Positions 8,621-18,094 of a DNA stretch of 35,053 nucleotides are shown here, piece by piece. The notes under the pieces are model-generated. The model saw only the letters and a program-made list of their open reading frames with translations, was not told where the DNA came from and searched no databases. The translations under genes and the position numbers were made by a program. The stretch's first letter is position 1. Each line of letters opens with the position of its first letter. This DNA comes from Candidatus Staskawiczbacteria bacterium (GTDB taxonomy: Bacteria > Patescibacteriota > Minisyncoccia > Minisyncoccales > Staskawiczbacteraceae): NCBI GenBank assembly GCA_943354455.1, contig CALRCB010000002.1:1-35053 (forward strand), written 5' to 3'.

Positions 8621-8649
8621 ATTCTAGTATGTTTTACAAAAAAACGCAA
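8621..8649 (-). promoter_or_regulatory. Putative secDF promoter (near-leaderless)
   Basis: TTGCGT (8649-8644), N17, TAGAAT (8626-8621), N8, GTG. Confidence 0.55.
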
Positions 8650-8667
8650 GAATATATATAATATAGT

Positions 8668-8700
8668 AAAAGAAAAAGGCATACTACAATTGAGTATGCC
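8668..8700 (-). terminator. Intrinsic terminator after the orphan HExxH gene
   Basis: Minus strand GGCATACT-CAATTGT-AGTATGCC-TTTTTCTTTT. Confidence 0.8.
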
Positions 8701-8719
8701 CATATTAAATTTGTACTAC

Positions 8720-9589
8720 CTATTTTTTTCTAGATAAAGCGTAATCCATATCTTTTTCCCACCAATCCTTATACGTCGCCTCCACTAACTTAATCTGATA
8801 AGAATGTGCATCTGAACCAAGGCCCATATCAGATGCGATTAATTCACAAAATATTGCCCAAAGGAACTCGCGGTTTTTAATAGCATAAGGGCTTAAAGTA
8901 CTGCCATAACATAAATCTAGTGGCCAACCAATTCTCGGCCCCAATGTTTGCACATGAAAAAGTATCCCAGCCCTACGAGCTGACAAAACACTCGTAACTG
9001 CCTTACCTATCTCTTTTTGATAGTACGCGCCACCAAGAAGAAATGCCAACTTACAATCAAAATGCCACATTCGTAATTCTTCTTGCAAACGTTCTTTTTC
9101 TGTGCGTTTTGCAAAATTATTATTACGACCTTCTTTTTCGGCAACGATAGCATGTCCCGCTTCATGAAGCATAGTACTTGCCATAAAGCGTGGTGTTTCA
9201 AAAGTCTCGGTATTGAGAATAATCATGTGGTTTTGGGGTGCATAAACCGCAAAGCCGATTCTTTCGCGACAATATTCCATATCCGAAGAAAGAAGGGCAT
9301 CCTTAGAGAAAAAAGGGAAAATTGAAAGTTGAACTAAATCATTATTAGCGGGAACGCTCAATCTAATTAATTCAACATCGTTATTCCCAATTAACATAGG
9401 AGATACGATACTACTATGAGATAACAAATAATCTGTGCGCTCAATAGCTTCAGGAAGTATTGCTCGCACCACAGGAAAAGCAACCATATCTTTTACGAGA
9501 ATCATTGTGCTTTCGACGTACTTTAGACGATCATTTTCCATCGCATATAATTTAGAATTTATCCATCGCCGCTTCATTCCTTGAAACAT
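8720..9589 (-). CDS. Hypothetical protein with HExxH zincin-like motif
   Basis: 289-aa ORF with AGGAG SD; MLHEAGHA plus downstream EE; no signal peptide seen. Confidence 0.7.
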   Translation of the reverse strand: MFQGMKRRWINSKLYAMENDRLKYVESTMILVKDMVAFPVVRAILPEAIERTDYLLSHSSIVSPMLIGNNDVELIRLSVPANNDLVQLSIFPFFSKDALLSSDMEYCRERIGFAVYAPQNHMIILNTETFETPRFMASTMLHEAGHAIVAEKEGRNNNFAKRTEKERLQEELRMWHFDCKLAFLLGGAYYQKEIGKAVTSVLSARRAGILFHVQTLGPRIGWPLDLCYGSTLSPYAIKNREFLWAIFCELIASDMGLGSDAHSYQIKLVEATYKDWWEKDMDYALSRKK

Positions 9590-9708
9590 TCTTTTCTCCT
9601 ATTAAAGGTTTTATTGATGTGTCTTGATTTGGTAATGAACACCCTAATTTTTCATATTTACATAATTTTATTAAATTGTCAATATTTTTCTTGAAATGTC
9701 GCTTTAAA

Positions 9709-9739
9709 TCAAAAACGCCGTATTTTTCGGGGCTTTTGA
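9709..9739 (-). terminator. Imperfect terminator ending the secA-NUDIX gene run
   Basis: Minus strand TCAAAAGCCCCG-AAAAATA-CGGCGTTTTTGA. Confidence 0.5.
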
Positions 9740-9747
9740 CTCATACA

Positions 9748-10209
9748 CTATAACTTTTCTAAAATCTTAAGCTCTAATTTATCAGTTTCGGTATCATAAA
9801 CAGCAAAACAGGGTTTATACCGTTGCCCGGCCAGTTCCCCCGGATTTACAAATCGACACTTCCCTACCTGTTCTTCCCATGGCCGGTGCGTGTGGCCATA
9901 AAATGCCACATTGTATTTTCCACTTTCCGCCGCTTCCTTTGAAATTTCCGGGTAATGGTTAAAAAATATTTTTTTACCACCTAATTCAATTTCCATTTTT
10001 TCTGGCACATCATGTAAATCATAATCCCCATTTCCGCGGACAAAATGTATTTGGCCTTTAAAATTTTCCCCTGCTTCATTAATAGTGTCTTGGTTACAAA
10101 TATCTCCGCAATGCAACATCACCTCAATGTTTTCATTATTAAGCCAATTTATGACTTTATTAAAATTAGCCATATTGTCGTGCGTATCAGAAACAATTGC
10201 AAATTTCAT
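9748..10209 (-). CDS. YfcE/MJ0936-family metallophosphoesterase
   Basis: SDTHDN, HCGD, RGNGD, GHTH and NPG motifs. Confidence 0.95.
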   Translation of the reverse strand: MKFAIVSDTHDNMANFNKVINWLNNENIEVMLHCGDICNQDTINEAGENFKGQIHFVRGNGDYDLHDVPEKMEIELGGKKIFFNHYPEISKEAAESGKYNVAFYGHTHRPWEEQVGKCRFVNPGELAGQRYKPCFAVYDTETDKLELKILEKL

Positions 10210-10211
10210 GA

Positions 10212-10673
10212 TTATAATTGTTGATGTAATTCGTGTTCAATAATATGATTATGTTCATCAAAAATAAATTTGCCTTCAAACTTTTTATTGTTTAAAAATA
10301 ACTGCATCCAATATTTATCATCGGCCCACATTTTTTCAAAAGGAATTTCAGTTATAGAAAACCACTGTGGCTTCATTTCTTCGGTTTCCTGTGGTTCACC
10401 CACAAAATCAGTTGCCTTAAAAATATTCACTTCCAAAGCTTCCTCTTTTTTATGTTCCCAAATAAAATTCAATACCCCTATTTTTTCAATACTGTTTACA
10501 CTAATCCCCGCCTCTTCAAATAATTCCCTCCTTGCGCCATCTTCGATCGTTTCATCTTTTTCCACTTTCCCGCCAAAGCCATTCCACTTCCCCATACCAA
10601 ACCCACGCTTTTTAATTCCAAGCAATATTTTGTTATCTTTTTGAATTATTAGCAAAGTAAGTTCTTTTTTCAT
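10212..10673 (-). CDS. MTH1/NUDT1-like 8-oxo-dGTP diphosphatase (NUDIX)
   Basis: LLGIKKRGFGMGKWNGFGGKVE...RRELFEEAG, ETEEMKPQWF, MWADD. Confidence 0.93.
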   Translation of the reverse strand: MKKELTLLIIQKDNKILLGIKKRGFGMGKWNGFGGKVEKDETIEDGARRELFEEAGISVNSIEKIGVLNFIWEHKKEEALEVNIFKATDFVGEPQETEEMKPQWFSITEIPFEKMWADDKYWMQLFLNNKKFEGKFIFDEHNHIIEHELHQQL

Positions 10674-11552
10674 CTAGCCTTCTATACACTCGTTAAAAAT
10701 ATTAATTTGAATATTATACTGCCCGATAAGATTTTTAGTAGTTTGCGCCAATTGATTGTACTGGGCCACTAAAGTATTATGCTCATTAATTTTTTCATTA
10801 TATTGCGGTGAATTTTTATTAGCATTATCAATTTCTTTTATTTTAACATTTGCGTCTAACGATAATTGGTCTAACGCGACTCTATTGTTTTCAATTTCTA
10901 TTTTTAAATTATTACTTGGGCTTTGACAGACAGAAAGTGGCAACCCAAATTCCTGCACCCCAACCCACGCCGTTTGACCTTTATAAGTTCCCTTGATAAC
11001 CGCCACACCAATTTCAGTAAACCTGTTATTTAAAATGTTTGCTCGATGACCAGGGCTGTCCATCCATTTCTGCACCACTTCGGCTTCATTTTTAAAGTTG
11101 CCCAAAATTAAATTTTCACCCGAAACAATATAGTCATATCCAGCATTTTTTACTAACGTGCCCGGATCAATTCCGCTTGGCGAAACGTGTTCAAAATATT
11201 GGTTTTTAAATAAATCATTAGCTTTGTTTAGGGCAGCTGCATTTAACTTTGCATTTTCAAATAATGGAGGTAATGCGTCACTATTAAACCTCTGCATATT
11301 AGTTTGTGCTATTATTTTGGCTTTAATTAACACAACCGCATTTGACTGTCCACCTATATTTAGTGGTCCAGGTGTCAAAATTTGTTTTTTCACCTGATTA
11401 ATGGAATTAGCCAAATCGGTTTTTTTAAATTGCTCAATATTTTGAGCAGTATTTTTATAAATACCCAAAATGTTATCCCGATAAATAAAACCAATCACCA
11501 ACCCGGCAAATAATAATGTTAGAAATATGATGTACTCAATTTTTTTATTCAT
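10674..11552 (-). CDS. Membrane-anchored CAP (SCP/PR-1) domain protein with C-terminal coiled coil
   Basis: YFEHVSP, GENL, WMDSPGHRANIL, VQEFG; N-terminal TM helix. Confidence 0.93.
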   Translation of the reverse strand: MNKKIEYIIFLTLLFAGLVIGFIYRDNILGIYKNTAQNIEQFKKTDLANSINQVKKQILTPGPLNIGGQSNAVVLIKAKIIAQTNMQRFNSDALPPLFENAKLNAAALNKANDLFKNQYFEHVSPSGIDPGTLVKNAGYDYIVSGENLILGNFKNEAEVVQKWMDSPGHRANILNNRFTEIGVAVIKGTYKGQTAWVGVQEFGLPLSVCQSPSNNLKIEIENNRVALDQLSLDANVKIKEIDNANKNSPQYNEKINEHNTLVAQYNQLAQTTKNLIGQYNIQINIFNECIEG

Positions 11553-11987
11553 CTATTTTTTATCTTTTAATAACTTGTATAAATCTCTTATAATCTTTTT
11601 ATCCTCATTAATAAGCATCGGTTCTTTTGCTACTTCATCTTCTGAGAAAAACTTGCCGTACTCTCCTTCCATGACTTTAATTTCTTTTTCAAAATTATCA
11701 CTTACTTTCAAAAAATATGCGTTTGCTGACCAACCAACAACTAACTCACCAGTAAAATCATATTTACCCAAAAATTCTTGTCCTTTTGGATTAAAACACA
11801 ATTCTTCCTTGATCTCTCGATCTAGGGCTTCTTCTGGATTTTCTCCTTCTTCTAGTTTGCCACCGAAGAAAGCAAAATAGCTGGGCAGCACTTTCTTATC
11901 TTTGGAACGTTTTTGCAGATACACAAAAATTTCCTGGTTTTTAATTTTATAAGGGATTAATATCGAAACATCTCGCTTCTTTTGCAT
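11553..11987 (-). CDS. NUDIX hydrolase
   Basis: GGKLEEGENPEEALDREIKEEL Nudix box. Confidence 0.92.
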   Translation of the reverse strand: MQKKRDVSILIPYKIKNQEIFVYLQKRSKDKKVLPSYFAFFGGKLEEGENPEEALDREIKEELCFNPKGQEFLGKYDFTGELVVGWSANAYFLKVSDNFEKEIKVMEGEYGKFFSEDEVAKEPMLINEDKKIIRDLYKLLKDKK

Positions 11988-12019
11988 AAAATCAACGTTC
12001 TAATATTAATTTTTTAATA

Positions 12020-12439
12020 TCATGATTCATTTGATGAAAAATACCTTTTTAGTGCTATGAAACTATTACTTTCATTCTCAAGTTTTTCGTAATCATTTTT
12101 ATCAACCCATTCAAATTTAGTATGTTCACTGCTCAATTTGATTTCCCCCGATACATGTTTGCATTTGAATAATACGATATAGACTTTTTTACCAAAAAGC
12201 TTATGGTTTTTGTTAGAAAACTCAAACCACCAAACAGCAATCGGATCAAAAACTTATATTTCAAAACCCGTTTCTTCTTTCATTTATCTTTTCAAAGAAA
12301 GAATAAGATCCTCTTCCCCTTCTTGTATTTTTCCACCAGGAAAATCAACTCCAAATAATGGGTCAGATAAAATTAACACCTTGCTATCTTTTTCAATGAG
12401 AGCTTTTTGCCCTACATAAAATATTGCTTCGTTTTCCAT
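12020..12439 (-). pseudogene. NUDIX hydrolase pseudogene with two in-frame TAA codons
   Basis: ATG 12439 to TGA 12020 in one frame (140 codons): ...DFPGGKIQEGEEDLILSLKR*MKEETGFEI*VF...IKLSSEHTKFEWV. Stops at 12284-12286 and 12254-12256. Confidence 0.9.
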
Positions 12440-12440
12440 A

Positions 12441-14873
12441 TTACTTCTTGACTAAATTTTGTTGGTGTTCTTCGCTATTTAACATTCCACATTTTTTGTA
12501 TTTTTTACCAGAACCACATGGACATAAATCATTTCTGCCAACTTCGTCACTCCCCGCAACCGGAAGTGGTGCCTGCTGATGATTATGGGTTTGTAATTCC
12601 GCTTTTAAAATATTGTTGGCAATCATAGAATCAATTTCTTCCAGTAACTGAGTAAACAGTTTTCGGCCTTCGTTTTTGTATTCTACTAGCGGATCTTTCC
12701 CCCCATACGCTCGCAATTTCACTGACTCGCGCATATGTTCCATATTAGACAAGTGATCTTGCCACAAGGTATCAATAACTTTTAGTGAAACAAATTTTAT
12801 AATTTGCACCATTTGATCTTTGCCAGCCTCTAATTCTCTTTTATCAAAAGCTTCCCTTATTAGTCCATATTTTTCAAACGGCAAAATATCAAATGGCTTA
12901 TTCTCTAATATCTCTTTTCGTTTTTTATAAATAATTTCACGGTGTTTGTTCATCACATCATCGTATTCCAAAATGTGGTGACGGGCATCAAAATTAAACC
13001 CTTCAATTTTTTGTTGGGCTGATTCCAATGCTCCAGAAATAATTTTGGCCTGAATTGGTTCGTCATCGGGAACTTTTAACATAGTCATCATTCCCTTTAT
13101 CCTGTCTCCTCCAAAAATTCTCATCAAGTCATCTTCCAGCGAAACAAAAAATTGGCTGGCACCTTGGTCACCCTGCCGGCCGGCGCGACCCCGCAACTGG
13201 TTGTCAATTCTGCGGGCATCGTGGCGCTCGGTTCCCAACACATAAAGACCACCGAGTTCACGAATTTTTTTAGCATCTTCCGGATTGGCTGGGTTTCCTC
13301 CTAAAATAATATCTACTCCGCGGCCGGCCATATTAGTGGCAATAGTTACCGCCCCCATTTTTCCAGCTTGGGCAATAATTTCTCCTTCGCGCTGGTGGTT
13401 TTTAGCATTTAAAATTTGATGTGGAATTCCTGAAATTTCCAAAATTTTTCCCAAATATTCATTACGCTCTACTGACCTTGTTCCAACTAACACCGGCTGA
13501 CCTTTTTGATGCAGTTCTTGAATTTGATTTACTACGGCCTTAAATTTACCTTCTTCGGTTTTAAATATTTTATCAGGAGAATCAATTCTCTGTGGCGTTT
13601 TATTGGTAGGAATGACTACTACTTCCAATTTATACACCTTATCTAATTCTTCAGCCGATGTTAATGCGGTTCCAGTCATTCCGGAAATTTTTTTGTACAA
13701 CCTAAAATAATTTTGAAAGGTAATGGTGGCCAAGGTTACTGATTCGGCCTGAATATTCGCCCCCTCTTTGGCTTCAACCGCTTGATGCAAACCAGAAGAC
13801 CACCTTCGCCCAGGTAACATTCTTCCGGTAAATTCGTCAATAATCATTACTTCGCCACCCTGAACCACATAATCCCGGTCTTTTAAAAATAATGTTTTGG
13901 CTTTTAGTGCTGATTCCAGTTGATGCGTAGTTGAGATATCGTTGTCTTGCCATGGGTCGCTTCCAATTTTTGCCACCACCTTATTTTGCCCTTCTTCCGT
14001 AAAACTAACGGCTTTTAATTTTTCGTCCAAAATATAATCAGTATCTTTTTCCAAATGAGCCACAATTTTGGTAAATTGACGATATTTGTCAGACGCATCT
14101 TCGGCCTGACCGGAAATAATTAAAGGCACGCGCGCTTCGTCAATTAAAATAGAATCAATTTCGTCAACAATCACATAGTTATGACCACGTTGGGCTTGCT
14201 GGCTTAAATCAACTACCATATTGTCGCGCAAATAATCAAAGCCGAATTCGTTATTGGTTCCATAAGTAATATCAGCGCCATAAGCCTCTTTTTTTGTTAC
14301 CGGTTTTAAAAAATTCTCTATCACTTTAAATCCGCCCACTTGGTCACGCTCTTGATCGGTTTGGTTATTTACATGCAAAGCGTCATAAACGTATCCTGAT
14401 TCACCGGTAATGCATCCGGTACTAAGGCCCAGAGCCCCAAAAATCTGCCCCATCCAAATCATATCTCGCTTAGCTAAATAGTCGTTTACCGTAACAATGT
14501 GCACCCCACGGCCTTCCAAGGCGTTAAGATAGGCCGGCAGAGTTGCCGATAAGGTTTTACCTTCTCCCGTTCTCATTTCAGCCACCCTGCCTTGATGCAA
14601 TACCATGCCTCCAATTAACTGCACATCAAAATGGCGCTGGTTTAACACCCTCTTTGAAGCTTCTCTGACGGTTGCAAATGCCTCGGGCAACAGGTCGTCC
14701 AACACTTCCCCTTTTTGTAATCGCTCTTTAAATTCTTTAGTTTTACTTTTTAATTGCTCGTCAGTTAATTTTTGTACATCAGGCTCAAAAGTATTTATTT
14801 TTTCAACCAAAGGTTGCAGGCTCTTTACCTGTTTTTCGTTGGCGTCTCCAAAAATTTTTGAAAATATTGACAT
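12441..14873 (-). CDS. secA: Preprotein translocase ATPase SecA
   Basis: AEMRTGEGKT, DEIDSILIDEAR, ATNMAGRGVDI, RIDNQLRGRAGRQGD and C-terminal SEC-C CPCGSGKKYKKC. Confidence 0.99.
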   Translation of the reverse strand: MSIFSKIFGDANEKQVKSLQPLVEKINTFEPDVQKLTDEQLKSKTKEFKERLQKGEVLDDLLPEAFATVREASKRVLNQRHFDVQLIGGMVLHQGRVAEMRTGEGKTLSATLPAYLNALEGRGVHIVTVNDYLAKRDMIWMGQIFGALGLSTGCITGESGYVYDALHVNNQTDQERDQVGGFKVIENFLKPVTKKEAYGADITYGTNNEFGFDYLRDNMVVDLSQQAQRGHNYVIVDEIDSILIDEARVPLIISGQAEDASDKYRQFTKIVAHLEKDTDYILDEKLKAVSFTEEGQNKVVAKIGSDPWQDNDISTTHQLESALKAKTLFLKDRDYVVQGGEVMIIDEFTGRMLPGRRWSSGLHQAVEAKEGANIQAESVTLATITFQNYFRLYKKISGMTGTALTSAEELDKVYKLEVVVIPTNKTPQRIDSPDKIFKTEEGKFKAVVNQIQELHQKGQPVLVGTRSVERNEYLGKILEISGIPHQILNAKNHQREGEIIAQAGKMGAVTIATNMAGRGVDIILGGNPANPEDAKKIRELGGLYVLGTERHDARRIDNQLRGRAGRQGDQGASQFFVSLEDDLMRIFGGDRIKGMMTMLKVPDDEPIQAKIISGALESAQQKIEGFNFDARHHILEYDDVMNKHREIIYKKRKEILENKPFDILPFEKYGLIREAFDKRELEAGKDQMVQIIKFVSLKVIDTLWQDHLSNMEHMRESVKLRAYGGKDPLVEYKNEGRKLFTQLLEEIDSMIANNILKAELQTHNHQQAPLPVAGSDEVGRNDLCPCGSGKKYKKCGMLNSEEHQQNLVKK

Positions 14874-14879
14874 ACCATA

Positions 14880-14908
14880 ACTCTACCTAAAAAGCACCTT
14901 ATTGTAAA
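14880..14908 (-). promoter_or_regulatory. secA promoter, predicted leaderless
   Basis: TTTACA (14908-14903), N17, TAGAGT (14885-14880), N6, ATG. Confidence 0.6.
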
Positions 14909-14909
14909 C

Positions 14910-14932
14910 AAAAACCAGTCTTAGCTGGTTTT
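14910..14932. terminator. Terminator after hpf
   Basis: AAAACCAG-TCTTAG-CTGGTTTT. Confidence 0.65.
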
Positions 14933-14943
14933 AATTTTAATTA

Positions 14944-15288
14944 TTAAAAATTTTCTTCTTTTGATTTTCTGGCCAATCGACGAGGTAGTTCAATTTTCTT
15001 TAATTTATATTTTTTCAATTCTATTTCCATTTCTTCTTTTACTTCCGTTATTGCCTTGCCAATTTCTTCATGGGTAGCCTTTGCAATCAACTTTTTACCT
15101 GACAACACCACAATTGCTTCTGCAGAAAATATCTCCCCTTTTTTGTGGTGCAAAGTTTCCCGCTCAATTTCAACAAAAATTTCCGCCTCCGTGTGAAAAA
15201 ACTTATTAAGCTTTCCAATTTTTGCTTGGATAAATTTTTCCAGTGAATCGGTTAATTCAATATTTTTTGTTTTAATAATGATTTGCAT
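14944..15288 (-). CDS. hpf: Ribosome hibernation factor HPF/RaiA (short form)
   Basis: MQIIIKTKNIELTDSLEKFIQAKIGKLNKF...SAEAIV...AKATHEEIGKAI...ELKKYK pattern. Confidence 0.88.
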   Translation of the reverse strand: MQIIIKTKNIELTDSLEKFIQAKIGKLNKFFHTEAEIFVEIERETLHHKKGEIFSAEAIVVLSGKKLIAKATHEEIGKAITEVKEEMEIELKKYKLKKIELPRRLARKSKEENF

Positions 15289-15302
15289 GGTCTTATTGTA
15301 TC

Positions 15303-16268
15303 TTATTTACCCAAATATTGCACTTCCATTTCCAACGTCACTCCATACATTTTTTTGACCTCATCTTTTATTAAATCAACCAAAGTTAAAACATCTTGGG
15401 ATTTGGCATTTCCCAAATTGATAATAAAATTAGGGTGTTTTTCTGAAACTTGTGCCCCGCCAATTTTTACCACCTTTAAGCCTGCTTCAGAAATCAAATA
15501 AGCCGTTGGTACCACTGGAAAGGGATCTTTTTTTACCACAAAGTTTAATTTTTCCTGCCATTTAGCGGAGAAAAGATTTAAATCACAATTTTTAAAAATA
15601 CTGCCGGCATTAGGAAAATCCAATGGCTGCTTATCTTTTCGGTATTGAATATGCGAATTGGCAATTTCCTGCAATCTACTTTTGTCACCCTTGTAAAATT
15701 TCATTGTTGCAGAAAGTACCTGCCAATTTTTTTTCTTAAAAATTGATGTTCGGTAAGAAAACCGGCATTCCTGAACCTTCAATTTTTTCAAATTAAAATT
15801 ATGGTCCAATACCTCAACTTCTAAAATATTATCTTTGGTCTCACTGCCAAAACACCCAGCATTCCCCCGGATAGCTCCGCCAAAAGTTCCTGGAAGTCCT
15901 CCTGCCCATTCCAATCCCTGCAATGATTTATTAATAGAAAAATCAACTAAATCCCTCAACGCCACACCCCCATCGGCTTGAATAATGAAACCAGATTTTA
16001 AAGTGATATTTTTATCTTCCCTTTTTATCACCAATCCGGAAAACCCCTTATCAGAAACTAACAGGTTGCTACCCCTACCCAAAATAAAAAAGGGAATACG
16101 GTTTTTTTTACAAAATCTTAACGCCGTTATAATTTCTTTTTTTTGGGAAGTTGCTAAAAAATATTTGGCAGGTCCGCCAATATTGAATGTAGTGTGGCCG
16201 GCCAGCAATACATTTTTTTGCAAGCGAGGTGATTCTTTTTTGAAATTTTTGAAAGTATTATCCTCCAT
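15303..16268 (-). CDS. murB: UDP-N-acetylmuramate dehydrogenase
   Basis: HTTFNIGGPA, GRGSNLL, GLPGTFGGAIRGNAG, YRTSIF, NAGSIFKN, SEKHPNFIIN. Confidence 0.98.
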   Translation of the reverse strand: MEDNTFKNFKKESPRLQKNVLLAGHTTFNIGGPAKYFLATSQKKEIITALRFCKKNRIPFFILGRGSNLLVSDKGFSGLVIKREDKNITLKSGFIIQADGGVALRDLVDFSINKSLQGLEWAGGLPGTFGGAIRGNAGCFGSETKDNILEVEVLDHNFNLKKLKVQECRFSYRTSIFKKKNWQVLSATMKFYKGDKSRLQEIANSHIQYRKDKQPLDFPNAGSIFKNCDLNLFSAKWQEKLNFVVKKDPFPVVPTAYLISEAGLKVVKIGGAQVSEKHPNFIINLGNAKSQDVLTLVDLIKDEVKKMYGVTLEMEVQYLGK

Positions 16269-17943
16269 TTAGCAGTTGATTTATTTTTTGACGGGTCAAT
16301 ACGCCCACAAACCCGGTTAATGGTATATTGTATTTTTTTTGAAAATTAATTACCGATTTTTTAGTTAAATTTCCAAACACTCCGGTTATCAATCCTTCTG
16401 GATAAATATCGCCACCCTGTGATTTTAAAAATTGCTGTAAACAAGATACGGCGAACCGATCAGAAACTCCAACATATAAATTATTGCTTAACACTAAACA
16501 GCTAGTGTTTTTCATGCCACCGGTATTGCCACGCAAGGCGATGATTTGATTTTTTAGTGATTCTATCTGATCCAATAGTTTTTGTATTAATGCTTGATTC
16601 TCATTTAAAGAAGTCCCCGTAGTTGAAATATTAAACATATAAGGGTAACTTAATTCGGGCCCTTCAAATCCGGAAATTTTTGATTGCAATGACGGTGAAA
16701 TAACTAGGGAATTGTATTGGGTCCCAAAATCCTTAATAATAATTTCTCCCTTGCCGCTTCTATCAAAATTTAAAAACTTAATGACAGGGTTGCTATTTTT
16801 TTCGTAGATAATATATGGCACTTGGAATGCCGGCCCCCCAAAACTTGAAAATACCAATTTTAAGTCTCCGTCACCTCCGATGATTTTTTGCCAATTGCCC
16901 ATCCAGTTCTTGGTGAAATTATTTAACGATAACGAAGTGTCGCCGGTTAATGGCAAAAAAATGAGGGCTGGGTTTATTTTCAGCACAACCAAATTTTTAT
17001 TAAGGTAGCAATATTTTGCCTCAACCGAACAATTATTAACCACTATCGCTATGGTCCAATTGGTAAAAATTTTGGCAAAATCTTCTTTAAATCCTTTTTT
17101 TAAAAGCGCTTCATTGATGCTTGGTATGCCAACTAATTTTGACTTTAAAGAATCGATTAATATGTTAATGTCGTAATGGTCAACCAAGTAATGCACAAAC
17201 AAACTTTCCACCGCATAGTCATATTTCGTATTCTGCCACTCAGTTAAAGAATTATTTGGTTTTTCCAAAAAATCGTTGACTCGGCGCTGCAAATTACTGC
17301 CCTCGTACACATCGTCGTAGCCCAATATAGTTGACGCGTAGTCCGCCCGCGCCTCGGAGAGCCAAACTTCTTCCCTTGCGCCTTGTATTTTTTCTTTTTG
17401 ATTAAATTCAATAAGGTGGACAAACTCATGAGCCAAAAATACTTTAAGTTGTGGATTGGTAATCTGGGCAATGGGCATGTAGATCATTTCGCGCTCATTA
17501 GAATCAGGTATTTGCAACTTGCTATACCCATCTTGCGAGCGAAAATATCCGCCAAGATTTGGTTTTTCCTGCTTAAATAACAGGGTTATTTTTGGGTCGC
17601 CGTCAATGCCGGGGATCCATTCGGTGCCGTACGCCGAAGTTAATTTTGGATAAATTTTACTATTAAATTCAGCTGACAGAGCATCAAGGCTAATTAAAAT
17701 TTCATCTTTTTTAATTTGATTTTGAGAATCCCACCAAGTGGTTTCTATGTAAAAAGAAAGTTTGGAAGTGGTTTTAACTAAAATTGCCACTACATTTTGG
17801 CGTTCCTTATAGTCATAATTCTGGTCTACATAAAAATTCGCGTAGTCTCCCACATTGGCAGCTTTAGCGTGCGATACAGAAAAAAAACACAAAAAAATAA
17901 GTGTAGTAAAAAATATATTTTTAAATTTATTTTGCGTAATCAT
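16258..17943 (-). CDS. Secreted zinc metallopeptidase (M30/M6-like) with C-terminal peptidoglycan-binding domain
   Basis: Signal peptide; LAHEFVHLI plus WLSEARADY; coiled coil; CLQQFL...TGVFGNLTKKSVINFQKKYNIPLTGFVG. Confidence 0.85.
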   Translation of the reverse strand: MITQNKFKNIFFTTLIFLCFFSVSHAKAANVGDYANFYVDQNYDYKERQNVVAILVKTTSKLSFYIETTWWDSQNQIKKDEILISLDALSAEFNSKIYPKLTSAYGTEWIPGIDGDPKITLLFKQEKPNLGGYFRSQDGYSKLQIPDSNEREMIYMPIAQITNPQLKVFLAHEFVHLIEFNQKEKIQGAREEVWLSEARADYASTILGYDDVYEGSNLQRRVNDFLEKPNNSLTEWQNTKYDYAVESLFVHYLVDHYDINILIDSLKSKLVGIPSINEALLKKGFKEDFAKIFTNWTIAIVVNNCSVEAKYCYLNKNLVVLKINPALIFLPLTGDTSLSLNNFTKNWMGNWQKIIGGDGDLKLVFSSFGGPAFQVPYIIYEKNSNPVIKFLNFDRSGKGEIIIKDFGTQYNSLVISPSLQSKISGFEGPELSYPYMFNISTTGTSLNENQALIQKLLDQIESLKNQIIALRGNTGGMKNTSCLVLSNNLYVGVSDRFAVSCLQQFLKSQGGDIYPEGLITGVFGNLTKKSVINFQKKYNIPLTGFVGVLTRQKINQLLNGG

Positions 17944-18013
17944 AAAAAAATTATAGATTGTTTTATTATATCATAAAACAATAAAAAAGCTAATTTTTAT
18001 TTTCCCTGAAACC

Positions 18014-18037
18014 AAAGCGCCCCAAAAGGGGCGCTTT
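18014..18037. terminator. Strong hairpin/terminator downstream of the S-layer-like gene
   Basis: AAAGCGCCCC-AAAA-GGGGCGCTTT. Confidence 0.85.
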
Positions 18038-18094
18038 GCTCGATTCTAAGTCTCGAGAAACTATGTTAAACACTACCTCCCAGATTACAAATTC

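Noticed and set aside
12254..12286. Stop-codon reassignment
   Set aside because: TAA, TAG and TGA all terminate intact genes here, and no other gene has internal stops.
12210..12419. 69-aa plus-strand ORF
   Set aside because: Shadow of the NUDIX pseudogene on the opposite strand.
18038..18094. GGGAGGT SD-like tract and small CTCGA/TCGAG hairpin in the 3' UTR of the S-layer-like gene
   Set aside because: The only nearby start (GTG) is 1 nt from the tract and its frame crosses the terminator; no credible ORF.
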